From IMG/VR virus record IMGVR_UViG_3300010356_000549, positions 1 through 64,000 of that record: 64,000 nucleotides of DNA. One strand, given 5' to 3'. Below, piece after piece: positions 7,647 to 16,537 of the stretch. This stretch comes from a virus (lineage: Duplodnaviria > Caudoviricetes). Each line of letters begins with the position of its first letter. Position 1 is the first letter of the stretch. A model generated the notes under the pieces. That model ran no database searches. It was not told the DNA's origin and saw only the letters and a program-made list of their open reading frames with translations. Made by a program: the position numbers and the translations under genes.

Positions 7647-7994
7647 ATGTTGCAACGAGAGAGATGCTGCGGGCAATGCCCATTCGCCAAGTCAACGCCC
7701 AAGACCTATCTGGATACAATGGGGCAGAACGGGCAGAAGTTTATCGGGCAGGCCCAAGCCGGGATGTATCTACCATGCCACATGGAGGTGGGGTTTGGGG
7801 AGTTTCTGAAGAACCCACATCTGCCCCAATGCGCCGGGGCTGCGAAGTATCGGGCAAACGTCGGGATTGAGGTGCCGAAGGGCATAGGCACACTACCACC
7901 AGACCGGTGGAGGCGGTTCTGGCTGCTATCCAGGTGGCGCGGAAGGCCGGGGTCACCCCGACCGAGGTGTGGATCGGGCCTTATCAAGCCATGA
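7647..7994 (+). CDS. Cys/His-motif phage protein (CxxCPF..PCH..CAG), 3' end uncertain
   Basis: CCGQCPFAK, LPCHM, QCAGAA; overlaps the next ORF by 88 nt. Confidence 0.5.
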   Translation: MLQRERCCGQCPFAKSTPKTYLDTMGQNGQKFIGQAQAGMYLPCHMEVGFGEFLKNPHLPQCAGAAKYRANVGIEVPKGIGTLPPDRWRRFWLLSRWRGRPGSPRPRCGSGLIKP

Positions 7995-8176
7995 TTTTTG
8001 AGGCGGAAATGAAAGCCCATTGGGAGGAAGGGCGGCTAAAGGATTTCACGAAAATCCCGCTGGTAATAGGGCAGGGGCCGATCCAGCCAAAAATGGAGGG
8101 AGCCACGCTGCTGGGCCTGACTGTCCGAGTCAAGAACCACGATGGCATCAGGGTAGGAGTTTCATTTGAGGCATGA
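7907..8176 (+). CDS. hypothetical protein
   Basis: 89-aa ORF; its stop overlaps the next start (ATGA). Confidence 0.5.
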   Translation: MEAVLAAIQVARKAGVTPTEVWIGPYQAMIFEAEMKAHWEEGRLKDFTKIPLVIGQGPIQPKMEGATLLGLTVRVKNHDGIRVGVSFEA

Positions 8177-8556
8177 GCAGGAGCATGAGCATTATCTGGA
8201 ACAGGCTAAAGGCGGCGATGAGCTACCCTCCTTATGGCATGAATTGCCCGCCGAGGAATGCCCTTCCACCACCGCCACCACCAAAACCAATCACAACTAG
8301 AAGTATGAGCATAGACACCAATAAAATAGAGGTAGAAGATACGCGAGCCAGCGAGGAGGAGAGCTGCTACAGTTGCGGCTCTCGGGACTGCGGGGCGAGG
8401 GCACCGGGGCAAGGCATGTCGTGGGACTGGCGGGAGCAGCCCAACTGGGGCAGGCTTAATAACCTGCTGAGACCTTTCGGGGCTGTCATCATTGAGGTAG
8501 ATACCGATGACGACCAACACACAATCAGGGTAGGAAAGCTGAATAATAACAGATGA
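8173..8556 (+). CDS. hypothetical protein with a proline run and CxxC
   Basis: 127-aa ORF, coupled overlaps at both ends. Confidence 0.55.
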   Translation: MSRSMSIIWNRLKAAMSYPPYGMNCPPRNALPPPPPPKPITTRSMSIDTNKIEVEDTRASEEESCYSCGSRDCGARAPGQGMSWDWREQPNWGRLNNLLRPFGAVIIEVDTDDDQHTIRVGKLNNNR

Positions 8557-8858
8557 GAATGACATTGAAGGGACTGACGGCAAAAGAGAGAAACACTCTG
8601 ATAAACAAGCAGCATGAGCTGGAGGGGGCGCTGGACTGGCTTTTAAGGCAAGCTGATGGTAGGACAACGGAGGGGAGTTTTACGGGAGAGGGAGGTGGGC
8701 CTATTCCCACCGTTACCGTGGACGGCCACCATCTCCGAATCCTCATCAATCATGTGGAGGGGGACATCAACCTTATCGCTGAGTGGCTGAGGGAGGATGC
8801 GAAGGGTAAGGCTTTCCGGGAGGGGTGGCTTAAATCGTGCTTCAAGACAGGCATATAA
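8553..8858 (+). CDS. hypothetical protein
   Basis: 101-aa ORF with ATGA overlap. Confidence 0.6.
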   Translation: MRMTLKGLTAKERNTLINKQHELEGALDWLLRQADGRTTEGSFTGEGGGPIPTVTVDGHHLRILINHVEGDINLIAEWLREDAKGKAFREGWLKSCFKTGI

Positions 8859-8876
8859 TTTGCAAGACCGTGCAAA
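8859..8876 (-). repeat. 18-bp quasi-palindrome, copy 3 (1 mismatch)
   Basis: TTTGCAAGACCGTGCAAA on +, directly after the stop codon. Confidence 0.9.
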
Positions 8877-8890
8877 ATCACACAAAAGGT

Positions 8891-9094
8891 ATGGATAGAG
8901 ATTACCGCACGGGAACACATCTATTTGCGCTCCACTCCGGGGATACCGAAACGGGGCGCAGGAAGATAATGACGGGGCAGGAAGCGATGGACGATAACCT
9001 AGCCAAACAGCGGGCCTATGTGGCGGCTGTGAGGCAAGGCAAGCCCAACGGGGAGCGGCTGGAGGTCTGGAAAGTGATCAAGAAATTTATATGA
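8891..9094 (+). CDS. hypothetical protein
   Basis: 3' part of track ORF 8837..9094; start uncertain (8891 or 8969). Confidence 0.45.
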   Translation: MDRDYRTGTHLFALHSGDTETGRRKIMTGQEAMDDNLAKQRAYVAAVRQGKPNGERLEVWKVIKKFI

Positions 9095-9303
9095 TCCTGT
9101 CAAAATATTGGGTGGTGGTTTACTGCAAACAAACTCCACGCCACCGAGTTGGGCCGGGCCACCTTGAAACGCAGGATTGGAAGCCGGAAATCACGACCGT
9201 GGTTTCCCTGAGGCACAAGCGCAGTGAAACGTTTGTGCGGCAGATGAATGAGTTCATAGACTTAGATGTTCGGGAGGTAAAGCCCTTGGAGCAGTGGAGG
9301 TAG
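9091..9303 (+). CDS. hypothetical protein
   Basis: 70-aa ORF with ATGA overlap. Confidence 0.55.
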   Translation: MILSKYWVVVYCKQTPRHRVGPGHLETQDWKPEITTVVSLRHKRSETFVRQMNEFIDLDVREVKPLEQWR

Positions 9304-9366
9304 GTTGACGGAGGGGGCCATTAATTAACTGCTTGAACGGGCGGCTTTGTCTGCTAGAATGTGGAC

Positions 9367-9645
9367 ATGCCACACTTCCTAAGCGTCCATGAAGACGAGC
9401 TTTTAGTCGTGACCTTAGACACCGGATTCCTAGAATCCGGGGAGACCGCTTATTTTGTTATCGGGAGGGCCAGCGATAACGGGAAGATCATCGAGGGCGC
9501 ATTCTCCGGGTCGACCGCTACCATCGCGCATGGGCTGGTCGCCGGGGAATACAAGACGCAGATTCAGGCTAGGGTAGAGGCTACCGTCACCAACGTGATT
9601 GAGGGGCCACGGCTTAAGGTGGAGGCCATCCTAAAAACCAGATGA
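9367..9645 (+). CDS. hypothetical protein (leaderless)
   Basis: TTGAAC(9333-9338)-N16-TAGAAT(9355-9360), ATG 6 nt later. Confidence 0.65.
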   Translation: MPHFLSVHEDELLVVTLDTGFLESGETAYFVIGRASDNGKIIEGAFSGSTATIAHGLVAGEYKTQIQARVEATVTNVIEGPRLKVEAILKTR

Positions 9646-10211
9646 CCGTCAATCAAACAGTTACCCTTGCGACCCTAACGGTCAACGAGCAAACGGTGAT
9701 GTTGGCCGTCGAAGGCAGGGATCGTGTTTTATTGGGTGGACCACATGGGCCAGGCAGCGCAACGGGCTTCCAATCGCCTGCTGCCTTGAGCGCAATCCTT
9801 GACGCTTATGGGGATGGGTTCTGGAACAGCGGGTCGGGAGACAGGCTGTATGACGACGGTGCACTAGCAAATGGGCTCTACGGCTCGCCGTTATTGTATT
9901 ACGTTGAAGGTTATCCGGCGACGGGGTATTACGAGGCCACGTTTTATGTTTCGGGCAACCCGACTTCGCTTGACTCCAACGGGGACGGGTGGTGGGATTC
10001 TGACAATGATAGCACGTCGGAGTTTTATGACAATGGATACTTATTCACGGGCACCTACTCAGGCTTGTTCTATGTCAACGGGCTACTGTTTGGAAGCGGG
10101 TGGTATAGCGGTACAGGCACTTGGTACCATGAGAGCGTGGCAACCACACTGGACTCAAACGGGGACGGGAACTGGGATGGATCGGACTGGATTGGAGGGG
10201 TCAGACAATAA
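9642..10211 (+). CDS. Tyr/Gly/Trp-rich repeat protein with two DxNGDG motifs
   Basis: LDSNGDGWWD and LDSNGDGNWD; repeated Y-x-x-G turns. Confidence 0.6.
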   Translation: MTVNQTVTLATLTVNEQTVMLAVEGRDRVLLGGPHGPGSATGFQSPAALSAILDAYGDGFWNSGSGDRLYDDGALANGLYGSPLLYYVEGYPATGYYEATFYVSGNPTSLDSNGDGWWDSDNDSTSEFYDNGYLFTGTYSGLFYVNGLLFGSGWYSGTGTWYHESVATTLDSNGDGNWDGSDWIGGVRQ

Positions 10212-10321
10212 TGCCATGACCAAGCTGATTATATGGGTCATTTGGCTGGCGATTATGAAAGGGAGATTGGTTGTCTCTCTTTCCAGATTGACAACAAGGG
10301 TTAAGCGATTAGTATGGACTA

Positions 10322-11053
10322 ATGACATCGCGATTATTGAGTATCCTTGTGACCCTGCCCGTGATTTGCACGATCTTGCAAATCCGGTCGACTTCGGCGA
10401 CCGAGAGCACCTTCACGGCTGCCAAGAATATCCTGCGGACAGCGATTCCTGTTAAGCAGGAAGGCGGCTTCCTGCGGAGCGGGTGGATCAAAGAAGGGCT
10501 ATCGTCCCTCATGGGTGTGGAGGGGACCGTCGTTCAAGTGGAGCTGCCCGCGACAGAGCCAGAGCCAGCGCCAGTAACGACCTCAGGCGACGAGGTTCAG
10601 GAGTTGCCCGAAGGCACCAGCAATTTTTACCGGGACTCCCTGTTTCCCCTACCCGTAGATGATGAGGCGATACGGCAGCCCGAGAAAGTGCCCACCGGGG
10701 CACCCGTTCAGCTCATTGTTATTGACCTATCTGAGGAAAAGCTGGAGGCTTTCAGTATAGAAGGGGAGAGCCTGATGACCGCCAAAATCAAGGCATCCCG
10801 CTTTGGTATCGGGAGCGAGCAGGGGAGCAAAAAGACGCCCATAGGCGAGTGGACCCTGAATAAGGAGCCCAAGCACTCCTACGGTCCCACGTATCGGCTT
10901 TCCGGGGAGCAGGGCAAGGAAAGGGGCATCCTGATTCACCCCGGCAACCTAGGGCACGGCTCTCGCGGCTGTATTCATGTGAGTTGGGATAAGATCAAGG
11001 CACTTTACTCAATCACAGCCTCAAAAGGCACCGAGCTTAGGATTCAAGAATGA
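10322..11053 (+). CDS. exported L,D-transpeptidase (YkuD-domain) protein
   Basis: N-terminal signal; IVIDLSEEKLEAF, KTPIGEW, GILIHPG..GSRGCIHV (catalytic His/Cys); promoter TTGACA-N16-TAGTAT 6 nt upstream. Confidence 0.75.
   Translation: MTSRLLSILVTLPVICTILQIRSTSATESTFTAAKNILRTAIPVKQEGGFLRSGWIKEGLSSLMGVEGTVVQVELPATEPEPAPVTTSGDEVQELPEGTSNFYRDSLFPLPVDDEAIRQPEKVPTGAPVQLIVIDLSEEKLEAFSIEGESLMTAKIKASRFGIGSEQGSKKTPIGEWTLNKEPKHSYGPTYRLSGEQGKERGILIHPGNLGHGSRGCIHVSWDKIKALYSITASKGTELRIQE
10365..10382 (+). repeat. 18-bp quasi-palindrome, copy 4 (inside the signal-peptide codons)
   Basis: exact copy. Confidence 0.95.
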
Positions 11054-11406
11054 ATATATGGAGGAACATAGTCGCCTTTTCTCTCCTTTCCCTAACCGGG
11101 TGTCGGGAGAGTGACGAGAGGGTGCTTTCGAAGCGTCCCAGCTTCACTCCCCTAGCTATTGGGGCGGAGGAGCCGGGGGATGCGGAGGGGCTTTCTCCCG
11201 GCATCCTACGCATCGACATAAATTGGTCCCCCGAACCTCCGGTTGATCTGGAGGAAGAACCCACTTGGCTGTTTGACAATCCTTATGTGGAGTCCCCCGA
11301 GCCAATCAAGCCTAAGCCTAAGGCCAAGGCCAAGGCCAAGGCACCCGCCAAGGCCACACCTAAAAAATCCACTATAAAAAAGGCGGCTCCCGCTTGCAAA
11401 ACATGA
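11050..11406 (+). CDS. lipoprotein with a Lys/Ala/Pro-rich tail
   Basis: lipobox LTG-C; KPKPKAKAKAKAPAK repeat. Confidence 0.65.
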   Translation: MNIWRNIVAFSLLSLTGCRESDERVLSKRPSFTPLAIGAEEPGDAEGLSPGILRIDINWSPEPPVDLEEEPTWLFDNPYVESPEPIKPKPKAKAKAKAPAKATPKKSTIKKAAPACKT

Positions 11407-11461
11407 CGATGACTTTATCCTTGCGGTCGCAAGGTAAATACAACCAAGCAATAGAACAAAA

Positions 11462-12208
11462 ATGAAGAATAAAATTATAACGTTGGCGGCCATATTGGCC
11501 GGAGTAGGGTTAAGCATGATGATGGTAGGGTGTGATGGACCTCATCCGGTCCTTCCGGTTCCAGGGACCGTGACGGCTGCGGAGGCAGAGACTACCTACG
11601 ATGACACCTATGTTTACGAACACAAGCTCACTGAGCCAATCGTGGTTGAAGACGGGGAGACATACGATGGATTGATTGACGGGAGGATGACCCGACTCAG
11701 CCGGGCCGATGCCGACCCTATTGCCATCAAAAACATTCGAGGGGAGCTACTACACAACCAAGCTGGGATTGTCATGGAGTTAAAGCCGGGAGCCATAGTC
11801 AAGAACGTCATTATTGCTGAGAATTGCCAGATTGATGCAGTCCTAGCGGGGCGGATGAATATTTACCTTGAAAACGTGGAGTGGGAAGATTGTGCCGTGA
11901 ATGTCATTACCAAAGATTCACCGGGTTACCTATCATTGACCAATTGCCATGGACAAGCCAGTATTACCTATGCACCTAACATTAGTGAGGCCGGGCCGGG
12001 AAACGGATCTCAGGAAATAGCGGAAGCCAAGCAGAGCAAGCCGAGCGATGACCTTAGCATCAGCAATGCACCGGATTACATGGGAAAGCGTTCTAAGTCA
12101 GCCTCATCCGGGGTATCCGCACTCAAGCCCCCCAAATGGGTGCCGGGCAAGCCGTTCCAAAACTGGAAGGCTCAAATTGCTTACCATAAGGCCAAGCAAG
12201 CCTCCTAG
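11462..12208 (+). CDS. lipoprotein with a pectate-lyase family 3-like beta-helix
   Basis: lipobox VG-C; PIVVEDGETYDG, MELKPGAIVKNVII, LENVEWED. Confidence 0.6.
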   Translation: MKNKIITLAAILAGVGLSMMMVGCDGPHPVLPVPGTVTAAEAETTYDDTYVYEHKLTEPIVVEDGETYDGLIDGRMTRLSRADADPIAIKNIRGELLHNQAGIVMELKPGAIVKNVIIAENCQIDAVLAGRMNIYLENVEWEDCAVNVITKDSPGYLSLTNCHGQASITYAPNISEAGPGNGSQEIAEAKQSKPSDDLSISNAPDYMGKRSKSASSGVSALKPPKWVPGKPFQNWKAQIAYHKAKQAS

Positions 12209-12230
12209 AATCAATAGAATCCCATCCCCC

Positions 12231-12258
12231 AAACCCGTCAGAAATGGCGGGTTTTTTT
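12231..12258 (+). terminator. rho-independent terminator
   Basis: AAACCCGTCA-GAAA-TGGCGGGTTT plus T-run. Confidence 0.85.
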
Positions 12259-12333
12259 GTGTCCCTGAATATTAGTTAAAATAAATTACTTTTTTTCTCT
12301 TTACTAATAAGGGTTAAGGGTTTATAATGTGTT

Positions 12334-12615
12334 ATGGGAATAAATATAAATGTGGAAGGGATGGCGGCATTCACGGTACGTGAATTACTGCTCATGGGTC
12401 AACTGGCTAAGGCTGGCAGGGGGATGACGTGCAGTGAGCTGCGGCCTATGCTAGAAACCAGCTTATCGGGAATCACGTCAATCTGCCTCAGCTTGGAACG
12501 GCGGGGGCTGGTGATGCGTTCCAAGAGCGATCACCCGAAGTCGGCGGATAGGAGATGTGTCCACGTCCACTTAACGGAGGCCGGGGCGAAGCTCATCAAC
12601 GATAAACTGGTATGA
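12334..12615 (+). CDS. MarR-like winged-HTH regulator
   Basis: MTCSELRPMLETSLSGITSICLSLERRGLVMR...DRRCVHVHLTEAG; promoter TTTACT-N17-TATAAT 5 nt upstream. Confidence 0.8.
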   Translation: MGININVEGMAAFTVRELLLMGQLAKAGRGMTCSELRPMLETSLSGITSICLSLERRGLVMRSKSDHPKSADRRCVHVHLTEAGAKLINDKLV

Positions 12616-12866
12616 CAACAGTGGAGTTAGAGAAGCTGGTAGAGGCAAGCGTCTGCTGCCTTATTTCACAGAAATTCCATGACCTTACCTTTTCCGACAG
12701 CCTTCAATGCCGCTTGGCTCATAATGAGATAACCGTCGTTGAACTTAAAGAGGTGTTCATGGCCGGGGTAAATGCGGTGCGGGTGGCCACAGGGGCGGCA
12801 CTGCTGCCTTTGGAGGCGGCGGAGTTGGCTCTGGAGGAGCTGCGGAGACAAGAGGATATCCTCTGA
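12612..12866 (+). CDS. hypothetical protein
   Basis: 84-aa ORF with ATGA overlap. Confidence 0.6.
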   Translation: MTTVELEKLVEASVCCLISQKFHDLTFSDSLQCRLAHNEITVVELKEVFMAGVNAVRVATGAALLPLEAAELALEELRRQEDIL

Positions 12867-12870
12867 TACC

Positions 12871-13182
12871 ATGAGGAAAATTGAGGAGGAAGAGGAGTGG
12901 CTTAAGCTCATTGCGAAGCCCAAAAAGAAGAGGGTCAAGAAGGCCAAGGCCATGAATCAGGTTGAGGCGGCCAGGATCGTTGCGCAGGCGACCAACGCCA
13001 GTGCTAATACGGTCAAGGCGTGGTGGCGTAAAAACAAGGTGGCTGCCTCTCTAACTCTGGCCGAAGCGGTATTGAGGTCCGTTTGGCTGGGGCAGGCGGT
13101 TAGGGTGGGGCGACTCACCATCCGGGTGTGGGTAACTAAGGAGGACTCCATAGCGGATATTGAGGAGAAATTGATGGATTGA
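12871..13182 (+). CDS. hypothetical basic protein, weak HU/IHF-like resemblance
   Basis: MNQVEAARIVAQATNAS...AEAVLRSVWLGQAVRVG. Confidence 0.5.
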   Translation: MRKIEEEEEWLKLIAKPKKKRVKKAKAMNQVEAARIVAQATNASANTVKAWWRKNKVAASLTLAEAVLRSVWLGQAVRVGRLTIRVWVTKEDSIADIEEKLMD

Positions 13183-13231
13183 CACGGGGACGAGGCAGGG
13201 TAACCTAAGGAGTCGTGTTATTGCCTAGTGG

Positions 13232-13274
13232 AACCCAGCGGATTGTGGCGCAAGCTCGTCCGCTGGGTTTTTTT
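13232..13274 (+). terminator. rho-independent terminator
   Basis: AACCCAGCGGA/TCCGCTGGGTT stem plus T-run. Confidence 0.8.
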
Positions 13275-13308
13275 ATTGACGCTGCGGAACTTTGAACTAT
13301 CGTGGGGC

Positions 13309-13854
13309 ATGACTACCAAGAAAAGCCCTGCCAGATCGCGCACTAAGCCTAAGGATAACACCAAGGTTAAGGAGGACACGATCAGGCGGAAGAATCGAAT
13401 GTTGAAAGCCTTGGCGGATACCAAGGGGAACATCTCAGCGGCCTGTGACCGGGTGGGGGTGGACCGCATTACCCACTACCGCTACATGGAGAACGACCCT
13501 GCCTATGCCAGCAAGGTTAAGGAGGTCGAGGAGAGGTTGGTGGAGACGATTGAATCCCTGTTCATCAAATCGACGGTCAAGGCCGATGACAGGCGTTCGA
13601 TGAAGTGGATTCTGGAGCGGTTGAACCGGGCGCGTTGGGGTAAAGTTGAGACTCACGAATTGTCCGGGCCGGGCGGGGAGCCTATACGCACCGAGGGCAC
13701 TATCACGGTGGCGACCCTGCGCCAGTATATCCCTGACCAATCTTTATGCGATGCCGTTATCGACATGGCTCGCTCAAAACCTCGCGTGATTCAGCCGTCC
13801 TCTGGTGAGGCCGTGGCCAAGAAACGCGATGAGGATGAAATCGGAATGAACTAG
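13309..13854 (+). CDS. terS: terminase small subunit (HTH)
   Basis: LKALADTKGNISAACDRVGVDRITHYRY HTH, WILER...WG, ELSGPGGEPI; promoter TTGACG-N16-TATCGT 5 nt before the ATG. Confidence 0.7.
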   Translation: MTTKKSPARSRTKPKDNTKVKEDTIRRKNRMLKALADTKGNISAACDRVGVDRITHYRYMENDPAYASKVKEVEERLVETIESLFIKSTVKADDRRSMKWILERLNRARWGKVETHELSGPGGEPIRTEGTITVATLRQYIPDQSLCDAVIDMARSKPRVIQPSSGEAVAKKRDEDEIGMN

Positions 13855-13866
13855 ACATATAAAAGC

Positions 13867-14565
13867 ATGAGCATGAAAAGAAAAGACACAAAAGGCAATC
13901 GCACGGCGACATTAGACGTGCGAGTAATGGCACTGGCAGACCTACAGGAGCACCCAAGGAATGCCGAGATACGCAAGCACCCAGCTCCGGGAACGGCTAA
14001 GTGGGAGACACTGAAGAAGTCGCTGAAACATGATTACTTTGATCCCATCGTGCTCAACCTAAGGAACGGCCAACTGGTATCGGGCCACCTGCGCAGGCGC
14101 GTGATGATGGAGGATGACATGTACACCCATGCGAGTGTGGTGTGTGTGGATTATGATGAACCCACCCACATGGCGAGAATGTTGGCGGCCAACAAAAGCG
14201 TGGGGGACAACGACCTTGAGGGTCTCAAACAATGGTTCTCGGAGTTCTCGACCATTGATGACTTTAATTTTGACATAACGGGCTTTGACATGGGGGAGAT
14301 TGACGGGATGGGTAACTTTGACCCTGCTTTCGACTTTGACGACGAGGATGACACGACCGGGGAGCCGCCACCAGAGGCGGGGGAGGCTGATTACCGGGGG
14401 ATTCGCTACCTTCAACTCATCTACTCACCGGAGGAGTATGAGGAGATCCAGACCTTGATTGCTGCCTACAAAAAGGCAAAAAACAAGGAGCTGACAGCTA
14501 CCTTCGGGGACGACTGTAATGACTTCGCAAACATCGTGCTCCACCTGTTTCGTCATGCAAGTTAA
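13867..14565 (+). CDS. ParB/Srx-like N-terminal domain protein
   Basis: LADLQEHPRNA...LKKSL..YFDPIVLN..GQLVSGHLRRR...MLAANK. Confidence 0.8.
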   Translation: MSMKRKDTKGNRTATLDVRVMALADLQEHPRNAEIRKHPAPGTAKWETLKKSLKHDYFDPIVLNLRNGQLVSGHLRRRVMMEDDMYTHASVVCVDYDEPTHMARMLAANKSVGDNDLEGLKQWFSEFSTIDDFNFDITGFDMGEIDGMGNFDPAFDFDDEDDTTGEPPPEAGEADYRGIRYLQLIYSPEEYEEIQTLIAAYKKAKNKELTATFGDDCNDFANIVLHLFRHAS

Positions 14566-15535
14566 GCGTATCCGAGAGCTTCCCTTCCGGGAGGTTTACC
14601 TGCCTCCGTGCCTCACTGAGGCGGAGACAAACGCCAAGCTCGGCACCCTACTAAATGATTCCGACTTTGATGAGGACAAAATTTTCCGGGAGAACGTCAA
14701 TGCCTACTGTGCCGAGACAAAGGCTCCCCTTTTTTTCTTGCGGAGGGGGATTATCTCAAAGGAGCTGGTCGTCACCGCATTCAACTCGTTCCTTAAAGCG
14801 GCTGGCAAATCTTACAACCGAGGCATGGCGTCTGGTTCTGACCCTGGGGAGGAAGCCCTGTCTGAATTGCTGAGGCTAACCGGGGCAGTGGCTTACCGTA
14901 AAGCCAAAGGCAACGCTACCCGCTATGAGGTGCTGTGCTCTGACGGGAGCTGGTCAAACACGTCCTATGCGGCTCCCATAAACTCAGGGGTGGCGGGATT
15001 TTACCCCAAGACACCCCGAGTGCCTTACTGCCGATTGACGGCATTCACTCAGAACCATGTGGAGGAGTTCCGGGCCGGGCTGCCCTTGGTGCATTTGGTG
15101 GATAATGTTTACAAGGCGCTGGTTCCTGACAGCTATGCGCTTCAACGGGAGGAAGCTAACCGAACATCACCGGACTTTGTGATCAAAGACACGTCTTTCA
15201 CCACCATCACGGTCAACAAAAACTGGCAGACAGCATGCCATACCGATAAAGGCGACTTCGAGCAGGGCTTTGGGAATTTGGTGGCTCTGCGCAAGGGGAA
15301 ATACTCCGGGGGATTCACTATTCTGCCAAGATACCGGGCCGGGGTGGACCTACAAAACGGTGACGTGCTGCTGATGGACGTTCATAAGGTGCATGGGAAC
15401 AGCAAGATCGTGAAGATGGCACCGGGGGCGGTCAGGCTTTCCTTAGTGCATTATTACCGGGCGGACATGATTAATTGTGGCACGCAGAAGGATGAGCTGG
15501 AGGAAGCCAGACGCAAACGTCAAAAGCTGCTATGA
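14555..15535 (+). CDS. TET/JBP-family 2OG-Fe(II) base dioxygenase #1
   Basis: PYCRLTAF, FTTITVNKNWQTACHTDKGD (HxD), GVDLQNGDVLLMDVHKVHGNS, RLSLVHYYR. Confidence 0.85.
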   Translation: MQVKRIRELPFREVYLPPCLTEAETNAKLGTLLNDSDFDEDKIFRENVNAYCAETKAPLFFLRRGIISKELVVTAFNSFLKAAGKSYNRGMASGSDPGEEALSELLRLTGAVAYRKAKGNATRYEVLCSDGSWSNTSYAAPINSGVAGFYPKTPRVPYCRLTAFTQNHVEEFRAGLPLVHLVDNVYKALVPDSYALQREEANRTSPDFVIKDTSFTTITVNKNWQTACHTDKGDFEQGFGNLVALRKGKYSGGFTILPRYRAGVDLQNGDVLLMDVHKVHGNSKIVKMAPGAVRLSLVHYYRADMINCGTQKDELEEARRKRQKLL

Positions 15536-15933
15536 TCATCCGCAAATTCAGCCGCTCTGACGAGGCATGGATTAAGCCGATATGGATTCAGGGAGAAAAA
15601 ATGGGTGCCTTCGGTGCCTTTTTCTTCATGTGGAGCGGCTTAGTGCAGGGCAGGCCCAAAGGAGTCGACGCCGTCGTATGTCAGGGCAAGGGGTTTATGC
15701 GGTTCGTGAATAAAAACGGGGTATGTGAGGTCAAGGAAATCATAGTTGCCGAGTCTGCCCGTCGTCAAGGCGTGGGGCGAGCATTACTTGAGGAGCTGCC
15801 AAGACCTATCGTGCTGGAGACCAATGAATGGAACGAGAGCAGCCTGCTATTCTACAAGAGTTTGGGCTTTCAACAAAAAGGATCAAGAAGGACGCCCAAA
15901 GGTAAGGTCTTGATCCAGCTAGTGAGGAAATAA
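15532..15933 (+). CDS. GNAT-family acetyltransferase
   Basis: EIIVAESARRQGVGRALLE (motif A), NESSLLFYKSLGF (motif B). Confidence 0.85.
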   Translation: MIIRKFSRSDEAWIKPIWIQGEKMGAFGAFFFMWSGLVQGRPKGVDAVVCQGKGFMRFVNKNGVCEVKEIIVAESARRQGVGRALLEELPRPIVLETNEWNESSLLFYKSLGFQQKGSRRTPKGKVLIQLVRK

Positions 15934-15934
15934 C

Positions 15935-16537
15935 ATGTGTGGAGTCGTTGCGTGGATAAAGGGAGGCCGGAGAAGCGTGCCGGGGATTTGTAAATTGCTG
16001 GAGGAGTCCGCTATCCGAGGAGTTCATTCATTTGGTTTTTATGGGCCGGGTGGCACCTCCAAGCACCATAGGCTGGCGGAGGCCGTGAAGCAAATGCCCA
16101 TGGCACCGTTCATCTTCCATAACCGTTATTCCACCTCAGGGGACTGGGATGACCATAATAACAATCAACCCATCATCTCCGGGAGCGTGGGAATGGCCTT
16201 TAACGGGACTTTGGATATGAGAACCAAGGAGGAGATGGAGGCGGCCCACGGGGTCAAGATGCGGACCTACAATGATGGGGAGCTTGCGTTGCTGGCTTAC
16301 CTCAAGGGGGGCGACCGGGGGCTGATGGACTTTATCGAAGAGACGGGAGGCTCATTCGCAGGCGTGTTCTTGGAGCCGGGGAGACTGTTCGCATACCGGA
16401 ATACCAAGCGACCCTTATGGGTGGTGGATGAGGGGAGTCTTGCTGTCATAGCGTCCACTCAGGATATCCTCTCGCGGGCGGGCTTTAACGGGGCTGAGGA
16501 ATTGGAGGCAGGGGAAATACACTCATGGACACTGTAA
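15935..16537 (+). CDS. stand-alone class II (Ntn) glutamine amidotransferase domain
   Basis: MCGVV N-terminal Cys, RGVHSFG, HNRYSTSG, NQPI, FNGTL. Confidence 0.85.
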   Translation: MCGVVAWIKGGRRSVPGICKLLEESAIRGVHSFGFYGPGGTSKHHRLAEAVKQMPMAPFIFHNRYSTSGDWDDHNNNQPIISGSVGMAFNGTLDMRTKEEMEAAHGVKMRTYNDGELALLAYLKGGDRGLMDFIEETGGSFAGVFLEPGRLFAYRNTKRPLWVVDEGSLAVIASTQDILSRAGFNGAEELEAGEIHSWTL

